A stretch of 64,000 nucleotides of DNA from Treponemataceae bacterium (GCA_963678065.2 CAXXVZ010000005.1:992001-1056000), one strand, 5' to 3'. Numbered from the stretch's first letter, positions 16,986 through 27,785 are shown. Made by a program: numbers and translations. The notes: generated by a model not told the origin, from the letters alone.

Positions 16986-18527
16986 TCATCCGCAGAGGGA
17001 AAACATCACATCCCGATCGTCGAGTTTCACCGGGAGGAGCGATTCGCCGACCACAGCAGGCATTGCAGCAGTGGTCGCAGCGTCAGCCTCGGTCGCGGCT
17101 TCAGCTGCCGTCGCGGCCCCGGACATGGTCATCGCGGTCATCGCGGTCATCGAAACCGCGGATGTCGGAGAGCCCGCCGAGGACGCAATGGCCTTTCTTT
17201 GCGCGCCGGCTCCAACCAGGCCTTTCTTCAACAGAGGAATGTCGGAGACCTCGACGGGGTCGAGGGATCTGACGGGGATCCGCATTCTTTTTCCAGAAAG
17301 GCAGGAAGCGATTGTCGTCGTCAAGGGCTGAAAGCTGCCCCGCTTCGATTCTTCGTAGTAGGCGGCCCCTCTCGGGCAGGTCGCTTCCCGGTCGGAGACG
17401 ATACAACCCCTCGGGCAGACGATGCAGACGCGCGCGTCACAGCCGCCGAGGCGCGCGAACCAGTTGGCATCGAATCGCGTGTCCGCCTGGATCGGTCGGT
17501 AGGGCAGGTTTTCCGTACCGTTGGCCGCGTAGTCGTCGCGGGAGCGAAGGTAGAGGGCGACGTGGGAGGCGACGAGTTCGCCTTCTTTGGATGCGTTGTC
17601 CGCGAGGTCGTGGATGTGAAGGGCGTTGCCGCACAGGAATATGCCCGTGGAGCCGCCTGAGTCGGTGCCGCCGGCCTCGAAGTGGCTGTTCACGCCGATG
17701 CTGCGCCCCAGTGGAGGCCTCATGCCGGCGGATTTCAGGATGTCGACTTCCGGAATGAGGCCGACGGAGAAGAGGACGGTGTCGCAGGGGTGGTATTCCC
17801 GGGTGCCGGCGACAGGCCGCTGCTGCGCGTCGACGCGCTCGACCCAGACTCCTTCCACGCGGCGCCTGCCGGCGATTTCGCAGATCTGCGCGCCGAAATG
17901 CAGGGGAATGCCAAAGTGGTCCAGGCACTGCACTTTGTTGCGGATGAGGCCCGACAGGTAGGGCAGGCGCTCGAAGACGCAGTCGACCCGGTAACCCTCG
18001 ATCGTGAGCCGGCGCGCCATGATCAGGCCGATGTCGCCCGAGCCCTGGATGACGACATGCTCGCCGAGTCTGTAGCCCCGGAGGTTGATGAGGTTTTGGG
18101 CCTGTCCCGCGGTGAAGACGCCCGCGGGCCGCGTTCCCGCGATTTCCAGGTTTTCCCTCGTGCGCTCCCTGCAGCCGGTCGCGACGATGATGGCCGTTGC
18201 GCGAATTTCGGCGTAACCGCCGTTTTTGGAAATTACCCGCAATACCCTCGATTCCGAAATTCCGAGTACCATCGCGCCGAGCGCGTATTCTGCACCCGAG
18301 CCGACAAATTCCCTCTCGAGGGCCCGAGCGTATTCGGGGCCCGTGAGGTCGCGCCCGAAACGCGCAAGGCCGAAGCCCGGGTGGATGCACTGGTTCAGTA
18401 TGCCGCCCAGGCGGGCATTCCTTTCCAGCACGAGGACATCGTCGATCCCGAGCTTTTTCAGGGCGATGGCGGCGGCCAATCCCGCCGGACCTCCCCCCAC
18501 GATCACGCAGTCGTACTCAGTCTTCAT
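16986..18527 (-). CDS. NAD(P)/FAD-dependent oxidoreductase with fused C-terminal DUF1667-like Cys domain
   Basis: GGGPAGLAAA, GGILNQCIHPGFG, ATGCRER, GSGDIGLIMARR; C-terminal CIVCPRGC...CPRG. Confidence 0.85.
   Translation of the reverse strand: MKTEYDCVIVGGGPAGLAAAIALKKLGIDDVLVLERNARLGGILNQCIHPGFGLARFGRDLTGPEYARALEREFVGSGAEYALGAMVLGISESRVLRVISKNGGYAEIRATAIIVATGCRERTRENLEIAGTRPAGVFTAGQAQNLINLRGYRLGEHVVIQGSGDIGLIMARRLTIEGYRVDCVFERLPYLSGLIRNKVQCLDHFGIPLHFGAQICEIAGRRRVEGVWVERVDAQQRPVAGTREYHPCDTVLFSVGLIPEVDILKSAGMRPPLGRSIGVNSHFEAGGTDSGGSTGIFLCGNALHIHDLADNASKEGELVASHVALYLRSRDDYAANGTENLPYRPIQADTRFDANWFARLGGCDARVCIVCPRGCIVSDREATCPRGAAYYEESKRGSFQPLTTTIASCLSGKRMRIPVRSLDPVEVSDIPLLKKGLVGAGAQRKAIASSAGSPTSAVSMTAMTAMTMSGAATAAEAATEADAATTAAMPAVVGESLLPVKLDDRDVMFSLCG
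17127..17152. repeat. 9-bp in-frame tandem repeat (GGTCATCGC) x~3 in a low-complexity segment
   Basis: Encodes MTAMTAMT within an Ala/Thr/Ser-rich stretch. Confidence 0.8.
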
Positions 18528-19986
18528 AGTCGGTCACCATGTAGCTGCCGGGCGCGTTGGCCACGACTGAAGCAGGATCCATCCCGTATTCTTCCGTCAT
18601 GATTTCCAGAATCTTCGGAAGGCAGAAGCCAGCCTGACAGCGACCCATCATCGCGTGGCTCCGTTTCTTGATCGCGCTCAAGGTTCGCGCTCCAAGGGGA
18701 TTATCGAGGGCGGCCTTTATTTCCGCCCTGGAAATGTGATTGCACCTGCACACGATTTCTCCGAAATCGGGGTTCCGCTTACAGGCGCGAGCGAGCTCCC
18801 CGGCGTCGAGTTCGGACACCCGCACGGGAGCCGGCCTGCGCGTCGCGGCATCGGGGCGCGGCGCGAGCCGTTTTTTCGGCTCGACGAACTCGCGCGCGAT
18901 GTACTCGGCGATCGCGGGGGCCGAGGTCAGGCCGGGAGACTCGATGCCGATGAGGGATATGAAGCCGGGATTCTCGCGGGACTCTTCTATTATGAAGTCT
19001 TCGAAGGTGGAGACGCCGCCCGCGACAAATAGTTTCGGACGGATTCCCGCGTAGGCCCGGATGAAGGCCACGTCGCGGAGTTTGGGCAGCAGTTCCAGGG
19101 CCTCGCGCTTGAGCGTGTCCATGACCTCCGCCGTCGTGGCGAGATCGTCGCGCTCTTCGATGTATTCGGCGGAAGGCCCGATGATTATGTTGCCCTCGGT
19201 CGTCGGCGTGAGGTGGATGCCGAGGCCCCGGCCATCGGCGGGCGGGACGGGATAGACGGCCGTTTTCAGGAATCCCGGATCGACCCGATCGAGGACGAAG
19301 TACTCGCCCCTGCAGGGGTGGATGCTCCGGTCATGTACCTCGACCATGGAGAGGATTTTGTCGGAGTACAGACCGGCCGCGTTGACGACGAGGTCGGCTT
19401 CGTGCGCGGTGCCATCGGCGACGACGACTTCGTAGCGTGCACCGATCCTCCTGATGGCCGTCACCGGCGAGTTGAAGCGGAAGTCGACGCCGTTGCGGCA
19501 GGCGATTTCGGCGAGGGCGATGGTGAACTCGGCGGGGGAAATCACCGCGGTGAGTTCGGAGAATAGCGCGTACTCTCCCCTGAGGTCGGGCTCGATGGCG
19601 CGGATCGCGTCGCCCCCGATGATGGAAAGGCCTCGGCAGCCATTCTTTCTGCCTTGCTCCAGCAGTTTTTCCAGGTAGGGACGTTCGCTTTCGTCCTTCG
19701 CGACGACCATTTTTTTCGTGAGCCGGTAGGGCACGCCCAGTTCATCGCAGATCGCGGGAAAGTGTGAAAGACCTTCGATATTGAAACGGGCCTTCAGCGA
19801 GCCCGGCCTGACATTGAAGCCGGCGTGCACGACGCCCGAGTTGGCCTTGCTCGTGCCTTCGGCGACGTCTCCCTCCTTCTCAAGGAGAAGTACGTCGAGG
19901 GTGTACCGGGAGAGTTCCCGCGCGATGGCGCATCCGACAACGCCGCCGCCGATGATAAGGATGTCGTGCGACACGGTCGACCTCAC
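18517..19986 (-). CDS. FAD-dependent oxidoreductase (GlpA/LhgO-like) with C-terminal BFD-like [2Fe-2S] domain
   Basis: IIGGGVVG, TSKANSGVVHAG, GIESPGLTSAP; VCRCNH...MGRCQAGFC. Confidence 0.9.
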   Translation of the reverse strand: MRSTVSHDILIIGGGVVGCAIARELSRYTLDVLLLEKEGDVAEGTSKANSGVVHAGFNVRPGSLKARFNIEGLSHFPAICDELGVPYRLTKKMVVAKDESERPYLEKLLEQGRKNGCRGLSIIGGDAIRAIEPDLRGEYALFSELTAVISPAEFTIALAEIACRNGVDFRFNSPVTAIRRIGARYEVVVADGTAHEADLVVNAAGLYSDKILSMVEVHDRSIHPCRGEYFVLDRVDPGFLKTAVYPVPPADGRGLGIHLTPTTEGNIIIGPSAEYIEERDDLATTAEVMDTLKREALELLPKLRDVAFIRAYAGIRPKLFVAGGVSTFEDFIIEESRENPGFISLIGIESPGLTSAPAIAEYIAREFVEPKKRLAPRPDAATRRPAPVRVSELDAGELARACKRNPDFGEIVCRCNHISRAEIKAALDNPLGARTLSAIKKRSHAMMGRCQAGFCLPKILEIMTEEYGMDPASVVANAPGSYMVTDYED

Positions 19987-20199
19987 GGGATAGAGTCACT
20001 TCCATCGATATACGCACAAATTTGCATGGCAAATGTACACTATCAAGAGTAAAACAAGCGACCACATCTGTCAACCGGAAATCGGACGGAAAGCCGGCGC
20101 CGGCAAGAGGCCAACCCGAGCCCGCAGCTCTTCAGGCGCGCCCATTTCTGTCGGAGCATCCCTGTCGCAGCGACTCCGGGTCCCGGCAACCCGCGGCTG

Positions 20200-22035
20200 T
20201 CAGATCGCGTTCCCCTTGAACTGGCTCAGGTACAGATGGTGATAGAAGCCGTGCCGCTCGAGCAGCTCCTGGTGGCTTCCCTGCTCGACGATCGCGCCTG
20301 AGTCGATGACCACTACTTTGTCGGCGTCCCGGATGGTGGAGAGGCGGTGGGCGATGACAAAGCTCGTGCGGCCGTGCATCAGGCGCAACAAAGCTTTCTG
20401 GATGCGCAGCTCTGTGCGCGTATCGACTGAGCTCGTGGCCTCGTCCAGGATCAGGATGGCCGGATCGGCCAGGATGGCGCGGGTGATCGAGAGGAGCTGG
20501 CGCTGGCCCTGGCTCAGGTTGCCCGCCCGCTCCGAGAGATTGGTGTGGTAGCCTTGGGGTAGCTGGCGGATGAAGTGGTCGGCCTCGGCCATGCGCGCGG
20601 CCTCCACACACTCGTCGTCGGTGGCGTCGAGCCGGCCGTAGCGGATGTTTTCCATGACAGTGTCCGCGAAGAGGAAGGTGTCCTGGAGGACCAGGCCCAG
20701 ATTCCGGCGAAGATCGGCCTTCTTCAGGTCGCGGATGTCCACGCCGTCGACGCTGATGCTGCCGCCCTGGATCTCGTAGAAACGGGTGAGGAGGTTGATG
20801 ATGGTCGTCTTCCCGGCGCCCGTCGGCCCCACGAGGGCGATGGTCTGGCCCGCGGCAACTTCAAGGCTGAAGTCCTTTATGATGGGTCTATCGGGCACAT
20901 ATGCGAACTGCACATCGCGAAAGCTCACGTCGCCCCGGAGGGCCGCAAGAGAAAGACTGTCGGGAGTGTCGGCGGTCTCGGGCGCTGTGTCGATGATCTC
21001 GAAGACGCGCTCCGCCCCTGCCAGGGCAGCCTGGATGGAGTTGTAGAGGTTGGCGAGCTGACGCAGAGGCGAGGTGAAGTTCTGGCCGTAGTTGATGAAG
21101 GTGGCGATCATGCCGACGGTCGCGAGCCCCTTGAGGGCGAGCCAGCCGCCGAGGCCTGCGAGGACGATCACGAAGAAGCTGCCCAGCACGCCCGTGAGCG
21201 GCATGAGGAGCATGGCGTAGGAGTTGGCGTAGACAGCGGATTCGAACACGGACCTGTTGCGCTCCCGGAATTTTTCGATGACGGAGTCGTTGCGCCTGAA
21301 AGCCACGATCACTTTCTGCCCGGAGATGGCTTCCTCGGCCACGGCGTTGAGCTCGCCCAGGTTCTTCTGAAGATCGCGGAAGCCCTTGCGCGTGTAGGAG
21401 GCCACGAAGCGGCTGAACCAGAACATGATGGGAATGACGACGAGGCTCGCCAGCGCGAGCCAGTGGTTCAGCACGAACATGGCGACGAGGATGCCCAGCA
21501 TCGTGAGCACGCTCGAGAGGAGCGAGATCACGTTCTGCGAGACCGCCTGGTTGATGGCGTCGATGTCGTTGGTGAGACGGCTCATGAGGCCGCCCGCCGC
21601 GTGGGTGTCGAAGAAACCCATCGAGAGGGTCTGGAGGTGGGCGAAGAGATCGTCGCGCAGTCCCTTGAGCGCAGCCTGCGAGATGCGGGCCATGAGCCAG
21701 TTGGCCACCACATTGAAGAGATTGCTGAGAATGTAGGCCGCGAGCATGAGGGCCGCGGTCTTCGCGAGGCCGGGCAGGTCCGCGCCGCCTATGCAGGTGT
21801 CGATGGCCACGCCCATGAGATAGGGACCCGCGAGGCCGAGGGCAGAAAAAAGGACTACAGTGACTCCGACGAGGACGAGGGTGAGTCGGTAGGGCGCAAG
21901 GTAGCCGAGGAGACGGACCATGGCACGTCTCGGGTCGGCGGCCTTCTCTATCTTGCCGGGACGACTCGGGCGACGCTGCATGCTGGAACGGATGTCGGGG
22001 CCCGAAGACGTGGGTTCATAGGCCATGGAAGCCAC
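20200..22035 (-). CDS. ABC exporter ATP-binding/permease subunit
   Basis: TM domain plus GPTGAGKTT, LSQGQRQL, LDEATSSVD, IAHRLST. Confidence 0.95.
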   Translation of the reverse strand: MASMAYEPTSSGPDIRSSMQRRPSRPGKIEKAADPRRAMVRLLGYLAPYRLTLVLVGVTVVLFSALGLAGPYLMGVAIDTCIGGADLPGLAKTAALMLAAYILSNLFNVVANWLMARISQAALKGLRDDLFAHLQTLSMGFFDTHAAGGLMSRLTNDIDAINQAVSQNVISLLSSVLTMLGILVAMFVLNHWLALASLVVIPIMFWFSRFVASYTRKGFRDLQKNLGELNAVAEEAISGQKVIVAFRRNDSVIEKFRERNRSVFESAVYANSYAMLLMPLTGVLGSFFVIVLAGLGGWLALKGLATVGMIATFINYGQNFTSPLRQLANLYNSIQAALAGAERVFEIIDTAPETADTPDSLSLAALRGDVSFRDVQFAYVPDRPIIKDFSLEVAAGQTIALVGPTGAGKTTIINLLTRFYEIQGGSISVDGVDIRDLKKADLRRNLGLVLQDTFLFADTVMENIRYGRLDATDDECVEAARMAEADHFIRQLPQGYHTNLSERAGNLSQGQRQLLSITRAILADPAILILDEATSSVDTRTELRIQKALLRLMHGRTSFVIAHRLSTIRDADKVVVIDSGAIVEQGSHQELLERHGFYHHLYLSQFKGNAI

Positions 22036-23761
22036 CTCCGAGCTGGGAATCGTAGATCTCCCGGTAGATGGGACTCGCGCGCAGGAGCTGGGCGTGCGTG
22101 CCCTCAGCGACGATCCGCCCCTCGTCCAGGACGAGGATTTTGTCGGCGTTCAACACCGTGCTGATCCGCTGGGCCACGACGACGCAGGTGGAACCGCGCA
22201 TGTACTCTCCGAGCGCGAGCTGGATTTTTGTCTCGGTCTCTACGTCGACGGAACTCGTCGAGTCGTCGAGGATGAGGATGGAGGGGCGGCCCAGCAGGGC
22301 CCGCGCTATCGCGATTCGCTGCTTCTGCCCTCCTGAAAGGTTGCCGCCGCGCTCTTCGACGCGGGTACCGTAACCCTCGGGGAGGCGGAGGATGAAGTCG
22401 TGGGCCTGGGCCGCCCGCGCGGCCGCCACCACCTCGTCCTCGCTCGCTCCGGGGTGGCCGTAGCGGATGTTGTCGCGGACCGAGCCGGAGAAGAGGATGG
22501 TTTCCTGCGGCACGACGCCGATCCGCGACAGTACGGAGTCCCGGGAAAGTCTGCGCACATCGATCCCCGCTATCGATACCTCGCCCGAGGAAACGTCGTA
22601 GAAGCGCGGAATCAGGTTGACCAGACTCGATTTTCCCGAACCCGTGGCGCCAAGGATGGCCGTGGTTTTGCCCGGCTCGGCGTGGAGGCAGACATCGACG
22701 AGCACCGCCTGATCGGAGTCCCCGTTGTAATGGAAATCCACGTCCTTCAGGCGGATATCGCCGGCGGCGTCCTCCGGCAGGGCCAGCGAGTCCGCCGCCT
22801 CGGCCACCTCGGGCTCTGCGTCCAGAACCTCGTTGATCCGCTTCGCCGACGCGAGACCATTCGCCCAGGTGTTGGAGAGCTGGGTCATCATGATGAGAGG
22901 ATGCATGGTCGCGAGGAGGTAGTTCGTGAAGGCGACGATCTGCCCCAGGGAGAGTCGGCCGCCGATGGCCTGCACCCCTCCGAGCCACACGACCACGACC
23001 ATGCCGATGTTGATGAGGAGGGTGAGAACCGGGGTCATGGAAGACATGAACTGCATGACCACGACTGTGCCGTCGGTGAGGTCGCCGTTGGCCTCGCCGA
23101 AGCGGGCGGACTCGCGGTCGGCACGGACAAAGGCCTTGACGAGGCGCGCGCCCGCAATATTCTCCTGGAGAACCGTGTTGAGGCGGTCCAGCTTCTGCTG
23201 GACTTTGCGGAAAAGCGGCTCCATCCTCGCGCTGAAGAAGACAATGACGACCCCGCTCACGAGGAGTATGGGTATCATGGCCACGGCGAGTGCGGGGCTC
23301 GTGACGAACATGAGGACGATGCTGCCGATCATGGAGAGAGGGGCTCTCGTGCCGATGCGCAGGGATATCTGGAAAAGGCGCTGGACGGCGCCTGAGTCGC
23401 TCATGAGGCGCACCAAGAGCTTTCCCGTGGAGAACCTGTCGAGGTTCCCGTAGGAAAAGTTCTGTATCTTGACGAATATGGCTTCCCGGAGGTCGCGCGC
23501 GACGCTCTCGCCCACCCTGATGGACGAATTGCTGTTGAGGACGGCGACCAGCGCCGAGAGGGCCGACATGCCCAGCATGAGGGCGGAAGTCCCGAGAACT
23601 ACCGCCATGTCCTTGCGCTTTATGCCCTGATCGATGATGCGCGCGACAAGCCGCGGCACGGCCAGATCGAGGACGACCATGGCCACCAGCATGACGAGGG
23701 AGAAGAGGGCCGTTTTCCAGTACGGCGCGGCGAAGTGAAGCAGCTTCCTGAACTCTTTCAT
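22016..23761 (-). CDS. ABC exporter ATP-binding/permease subunit (degenerate-site partner)
   Basis: GATGSGKS, LSGGQKQR, LDDSTSSVD, VAQRIST (D-for-E and Q-for-H, as in heterodimeric exporters). Confidence 0.95.
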   Translation of the reverse strand: MKEFRKLLHFAAPYWKTALFSLVMLVAMVVLDLAVPRLVARIIDQGIKRKDMAVVLGTSALMLGMSALSALVAVLNSNSSIRVGESVARDLREAIFVKIQNFSYGNLDRFSTGKLLVRLMSDSGAVQRLFQISLRIGTRAPLSMIGSIVLMFVTSPALAVAMIPILLVSGVVIVFFSARMEPLFRKVQQKLDRLNTVLQENIAGARLVKAFVRADRESARFGEANGDLTDGTVVVMQFMSSMTPVLTLLINIGMVVVVWLGGVQAIGGRLSLGQIVAFTNYLLATMHPLIMMTQLSNTWANGLASAKRINEVLDAEPEVAEAADSLALPEDAAGDIRLKDVDFHYNGDSDQAVLVDVCLHAEPGKTTAILGATGSGKSSLVNLIPRFYDVSSGEVSIAGIDVRRLSRDSVLSRIGVVPQETILFSGSVRDNIRYGHPGASEDEVVAAARAAQAHDFILRLPEGYGTRVEERGGNLSGGQKQRIAIARALLGRPSILILDDSTSSVDVETETKIQLALGEYMRGSTCVVVAQRISTVLNADKILVLDEGRIVAEGTHAQLLRASPIYREIYDSQLGGGFHGL

Positions 23762-24252
23762 GGTCCGATTCTACCCCCGCCTGCATGGGGAGCCGGACGC
23801 GCCTCGCCCGGGGCGAAGGTCGTTTTCAGGATCTCCATCGCCCTGTGCACGATCTCGAGATCGACAGGCTCGAGTGCGGCCATCGTGGACTTCATCCACG
23901 CGCGGTTTTCCGCAAAATTCGCGTCCATCACCTCGCTGGCGTAGGGGGTGAGATCGAGACGCACGAGGCGCCTGTCGCCGCTCTCTTTTTCCCGTGTGAC
24001 CAGACCCTTGGCCACGAGCGCGTCCACGGCCTGGCTGACGGCCGAGCGGCTGATCTGCCGCTTCTCGGCGAGGTCGCCCACGTAGCGGTAGCCCCAGCGG
24101 ATGTGGCGCAGCGCGTGGAACTGCTCGAGCGTGATGCCCAGTTTGACGGTCGCCGCCTGGCGCAGGTTGGAGCGGATGCGGTCCCATACCGGCGGGAGGG
24201 TCTCGAGGACGCCGTCGACAGTCTTCTGAAGGAGGGATTCCGTTTGATCCAT
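23758..24252 (-). CDS. MarR family transcriptional regulator
   Basis: ITLEQFHAL, SRSAVSQAVDALVAKGLVTR, DRRLVRLDLT. Confidence 0.92.
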   Translation of the reverse strand: MDQTESLLQKTVDGVLETLPPVWDRIRSNLRQAATVKLGITLEQFHALRHIRWGYRYVGDLAEKRQISRSAVSQAVDALVAKGLVTREKESGDRRLVRLDLTPYASEVMDANFAENRAWMKSTMAALEPVDLEIVHRAMEILKTTFAPGEARPAPHAGGGRIGP

Positions 24253-24280
24253 GGCTTCCCTTTATAGTTAATGTACTTAC

Positions 24281-24299
24281 CTGTTAAGCGACTAAACAG
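24281..24299 (-). promoter_or_regulatory. Putative MarR operator
   Basis: CTGTTAAG-CGA-CTAAACAG inverted repeat (7/8) about 30 bp upstream of the MarR start. Confidence 0.55.
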
Positions 24300-24384
24300 T
24301 ACATCCGCGCGCCCCGAAGCGTCAAGAGAGTCCAAAGTTGCGGGAAGACGAGAAGCCTGCCAATCGGCCGCTCGCCCCGGACTG

Positions 24385-26106
24385 CTACAGTCGCGTATCC
24401 CACTTCCCGCAGAAGGGATCGACGGGATTCTTGCCCGTGAAGGGGCTGCGCCCCATCAGTTTCTCGATGAGGGCATCGATGACGGCGCCGTTGGAGCTGT
24501 AGGCGTTTATGAAGGTCTTCACCCTCGGCACGTCCATGAGGTGGTAAGGGTTTTCGAGCGAGATGAAGATCGTCGGTACGCTGGCGATGTACACCGGGCA
24601 GTTGGCTCCCATCGGCTGGGCCCACTCGATGCGCACGACGGTCTGGTTGCTCTTCGTTTCCATCTTCGCGAGGTAGATGATGAGATCGTAGACTTCGGTC
24701 ACCGCGCCGTACGGTTTCACCGTGCCCTCCATCCCCTGGGAAGACTCGAAACGATCGACGGCGAAACCTTCCGCGCACAGGCGCTCCGCAAACTGGTCGA
24801 AGACTTTGGTTTTGGAAGGATCGTAGTACGAAGGACCGGAGTCGATGTCGTAGAACAGTACCCGCGGGTACGTGGACGGCGATATCGGCAGGACGCCGGG
24901 CTCTTCCTTCACCAGGGTGATGGCCTTGTCCGCGCACTCGCGGGCCCACCGCCTGTGTTCGGCGCAGCCCACCACATCTCTGGCCTCGCCCGATGCGGGC
25001 AGGAGCTTCCCCTCGGCCTTCTTCGTGTGCAGAGCGAGGGCGGCCTTGAGGCCAAGGATTTTCGTCACCGCCTCTGTCAGACGCTCTTCGGTGACAATGC
25101 CCTCTTCTATACCCCGGCGCATGAAACCGAAGTCCTCTTCCGTGTTGCGGGTGAACAGGAACATGTCGCAGCCGGCGGCGATGGCTCCCGGAACAGCCTG
25201 AGCCCGAGGCATCGGAATCACCATGCCCGCCATGGTCGTGGCGTCCGAGACGACGAGGCCATTGAAGCCGAGCTTCCCGCGCAGGAGACCGCCTATGAGT
25301 TCGGGCGAGAGCGAGGCGGGGAGGATGCGATCGTCGCTCAAAGAAGGATCGAGAAGCCGCGAGTACTCGGGCAGCATGATGTGGCCGACCATGACGGTAT
25401 AGGCGCCCGCGTCGATCGACGCTTTGTACGCGGCCCCGTAGCTCCTGTCCCATTCCTCGACGGGCATCGTATTGACGCTGGTCACGAGGTGCTGATCCCG
25501 TTCGTCGACCCCGTCGCCGGGGAAGTGCTTGATCGAGGCGGCCACGCCGCTGCTCTGGCAGCCCCTGACGTATTCGACCCCCATCCGGCGCACGCGATCG
25601 GGATCGCTCCCGAAAATCCTCGTGCCGGTGATCGGGTTGCTGAAGTTGTACCCTATATCGATGAGCGGCGCAAAGGCCCAGTTGGCGCCGATGGCCGCGC
25701 CTTCGCGGCCGCAGACGAGTCCCAGTCTGTAGGCAAAACTGTCGTCGTCGGTGGCGGCTATCTCCATGGGAGAGCCCATCGTCGTCCCCTCGGTCACGGC
25801 GCCGCTTCCTCCTTTCTCGAAGTTGGCCGAAATGAGGAGGGGAATTTTCGCCTTGGTCTGGAGCACCCGCACCGATTCCAGCACCTCTTCCAGGGCCATG
25901 GCCCGGAGCATAATGCCGCCGACGTGGAGCTCTCCGGCCATGAAGGAAAGCGAGGCCTCGTCGCTGGAACGGACGACCTGGCAGAACAGCTGCCCCAGTT
26001 TCTCGTCGTCGCTCATAGCCCGGAAGGTCTCGTCGACCCAGGCGATTGCGGCGTCATCAAGGGTAAAAGGCATCGCTCGCAGCGATCTCTCCAGCTCGGT
26101 TTTCAT
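24385..26106 (-). CDS. Glycoside hydrolase family 3 (beta-hexosaminidase/glucosidase-like)
   Basis: EKLGQLF, KHFPGDG, VMVGHI, LRGKLGFNGLVVSDA. Confidence 0.92.
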   Translation of the reverse strand: MKTELERSLRAMPFTLDDAAIAWVDETFRAMSDDEKLGQLFCQVVRSSDEASLSFMAGELHVGGIMLRAMALEEVLESVRVLQTKAKIPLLISANFEKGGSGAVTEGTTMGSPMEIAATDDDSFAYRLGLVCGREGAAIGANWAFAPLIDIGYNFSNPITGTRIFGSDPDRVRRMGVEYVRGCQSSGVAASIKHFPGDGVDERDQHLVTSVNTMPVEEWDRSYGAAYKASIDAGAYTVMVGHIMLPEYSRLLDPSLSDDRILPASLSPELIGGLLRGKLGFNGLVVSDATTMAGMVIPMPRAQAVPGAIAAGCDMFLFTRNTEEDFGFMRRGIEEGIVTEERLTEAVTKILGLKAALALHTKKAEGKLLPASGEARDVVGCAEHRRWARECADKAITLVKEEPGVLPISPSTYPRVLFYDIDSGPSYYDPSKTKVFDQFAERLCAEGFAVDRFESSQGMEGTVKPYGAVTEVYDLIIYLAKMETKSNQTVVRIEWAQPMGANCPVYIASVPTIFISLENPYHLMDVPRVKTFINAYSSNGAVIDALIEKLMGRSPFTGKNPVDPFCGKWDTRL

Positions 26107-26287
26107 CGATCTCTCCTCCTATGCTATAGTCCAGGAAGCCGCCGGGCGGCTATGTGCGAAAGATCGGGGATTCCCAGAACTGCCGAGGAATTCGCCGCCG
26201 CGGGGCCTTTTCGGCTTCGGTGTACACGCGCGGTAATGACACTCGTCGGTGGATACGAGGACCCCATAGCGATCGCAAAAGCCGCTC

Positions 26288-27781
26288 TCATGGGGCTCTC
26301 TCTCCGACCTTGTGCGCGCGCAGGGCCATGTATTGTTTCCCCGGCAGGGCGACGCGGAATGAACCGGAGAAGCGTCCGTCGAGTTTCGTTATCGTCATCT
26401 CCCATGTATCGAGTATCTCGCACTCGTACTCGCCGCCCGGGGGCAGGGAGAAGTCCCGGAAAAGCGGCCGGTTGAAGCCAAAATAAAAAAGGTAGTATTC
26501 CTTTTCCACGCCGCCCGAGGGCAGGTCCCAGCCCGACCAGCCGAAGGATATGGACGCCATTCCTTCCGCTGGCCCTTCCTCGGCGATCCGCCTCAGAAAG
26601 GCGATCCGCCGGGAACTCTCGCCGCGGAGCCTTCCGCCCTTGGACCACCACAGAATATCGTTCGGGTCCACGAAGGTTTCGCCGTGGCCGACATAGCCGC
26701 CGCGCACGTAGCCTTCCCAGCATCGCCGGACCAGTTCCTGGCCGGTGATGTTGCCCCAGCCCCAGTTTATGTTGCCCTCGTAGGCGCACTCGTCGATCAC
26801 GATGGGCTTTCCGTACTTCGCGCGCCACTCGTCCGTGTATTCGGCCGTCTTGTAGACGTCCTGCCTCTGTATGCTGCAATGCGTCACCCAGGGCTTCGAA
26901 TGGTCGTAAAAGGGCATGCAGTTGTGTATCGAGCGGAGGTGATCGTAGGGATCGATCTCGACGAGAATCCCGGCGAGGCGCTCCCAATCCTCGATCGTCT
27001 TGCCCTTTATCAGGTCGTACTCGTTCGCGAGGGACCACCAGAGATTGGGATAGGCGCAGAGGCGCGCGACGATATAGCGCAGGTATCGCTCGTCGGCCTC
27101 CTGGCCCATCGTCGAGAAGCCCCAATGATCGTAGGGATGAAACAGGATGAGATCCGCTTCGATACCGAGATCGAGGAGATCGCCTATCCTCTTCTCGAGC
27201 TTTCCGAAGAAGGCCGGCTTGAACGCAGTGAAGTCCCAGCCTTTTTCGGGCGAGCCCTCGAAAGGGAAGAGTTCGGGCTCGTCGCGGTTGTAGTCGTAGT
27301 GCTTCGGGAACACACAGAAGCGCAGCTTGTTGAAGGGCGAAGTCGCGAGCGTCGTGAGCGTGAGCTCCTGGAGAGCATCCGGCTGGTGCGTCCACGCGTA
27401 ACAGGTTGTTCCGAAGGGCAGATAGCGGGTGCCGTCCTCGTGGGCGAAGTGATAGCCGCGCGCGACTCTGACCGGTCCGTGCGCACCCGGGGCTGCCCTT
27501 TCGCAGACGAACGAACCGCGGTGGCCGTCCAGCTCGACACGGTTACTCGACGTCACAAAATCCCAGCGCCCTTCGTGGCCCGGCATGAATCGAATTTTGT
27601 ACACACCGCCACCGTCGTAGAAACCGCTCGCCACAACCGAAATCGAGGTCCCACAGGCGGAAAAATCCGCGCGCAGTTCGACATCGGTGAAGGGATTGCC
27701 GTCCGAAGGGCCATCGATCGACAGTTCGAAGACCTTCCACTTCTCCACCCGGCTGGCGTACTCCACTCTTTGCGTATTCAC
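26288..27781 (-). CDS. DUF5060/DUF4038/DUF5605-type putative glycoside hydrolase
   Basis: GFYDGGGVYKIRFMP, GTTCYAW, PFNKLRFCVFPK, WWSLANEYD, DECAYEGN, GHGET. Confidence 0.8.
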   Translation of the reverse strand: MNTQRVEYASRVEKWKVFELSIDGPSDGNPFTDVELRADFSACGTSISVVASGFYDGGGVYKIRFMPGHEGRWDFVTSSNRVELDGHRGSFVCERAAPGAHGPVRVARGYHFAHEDGTRYLPFGTTCYAWTHQPDALQELTLTTLATSPFNKLRFCVFPKHYDYNRDEPELFPFEGSPEKGWDFTAFKPAFFGKLEKRIGDLLDLGIEADLILFHPYDHWGFSTMGQEADERYLRYIVARLCAYPNLWWSLANEYDLIKGKTIEDWERLAGILVEIDPYDHLRSIHNCMPFYDHSKPWVTHCSIQRQDVYKTAEYTDEWRAKYGKPIVIDECAYEGNINWGWGNITGQELVRRCWEGYVRGGYVGHGETFVDPNDILWWSKGGRLRGESSRRIAFLRRIAEEGPAEGMASISFGWSGWDLPSGGVEKEYYLFYFGFNRPLFRDFSLPPGGEYECEILDTWEMTITKLDGRFSGSFRVALPGKQYMALRAHKVGERAP

Positions 27782-27785
27782 GTGT

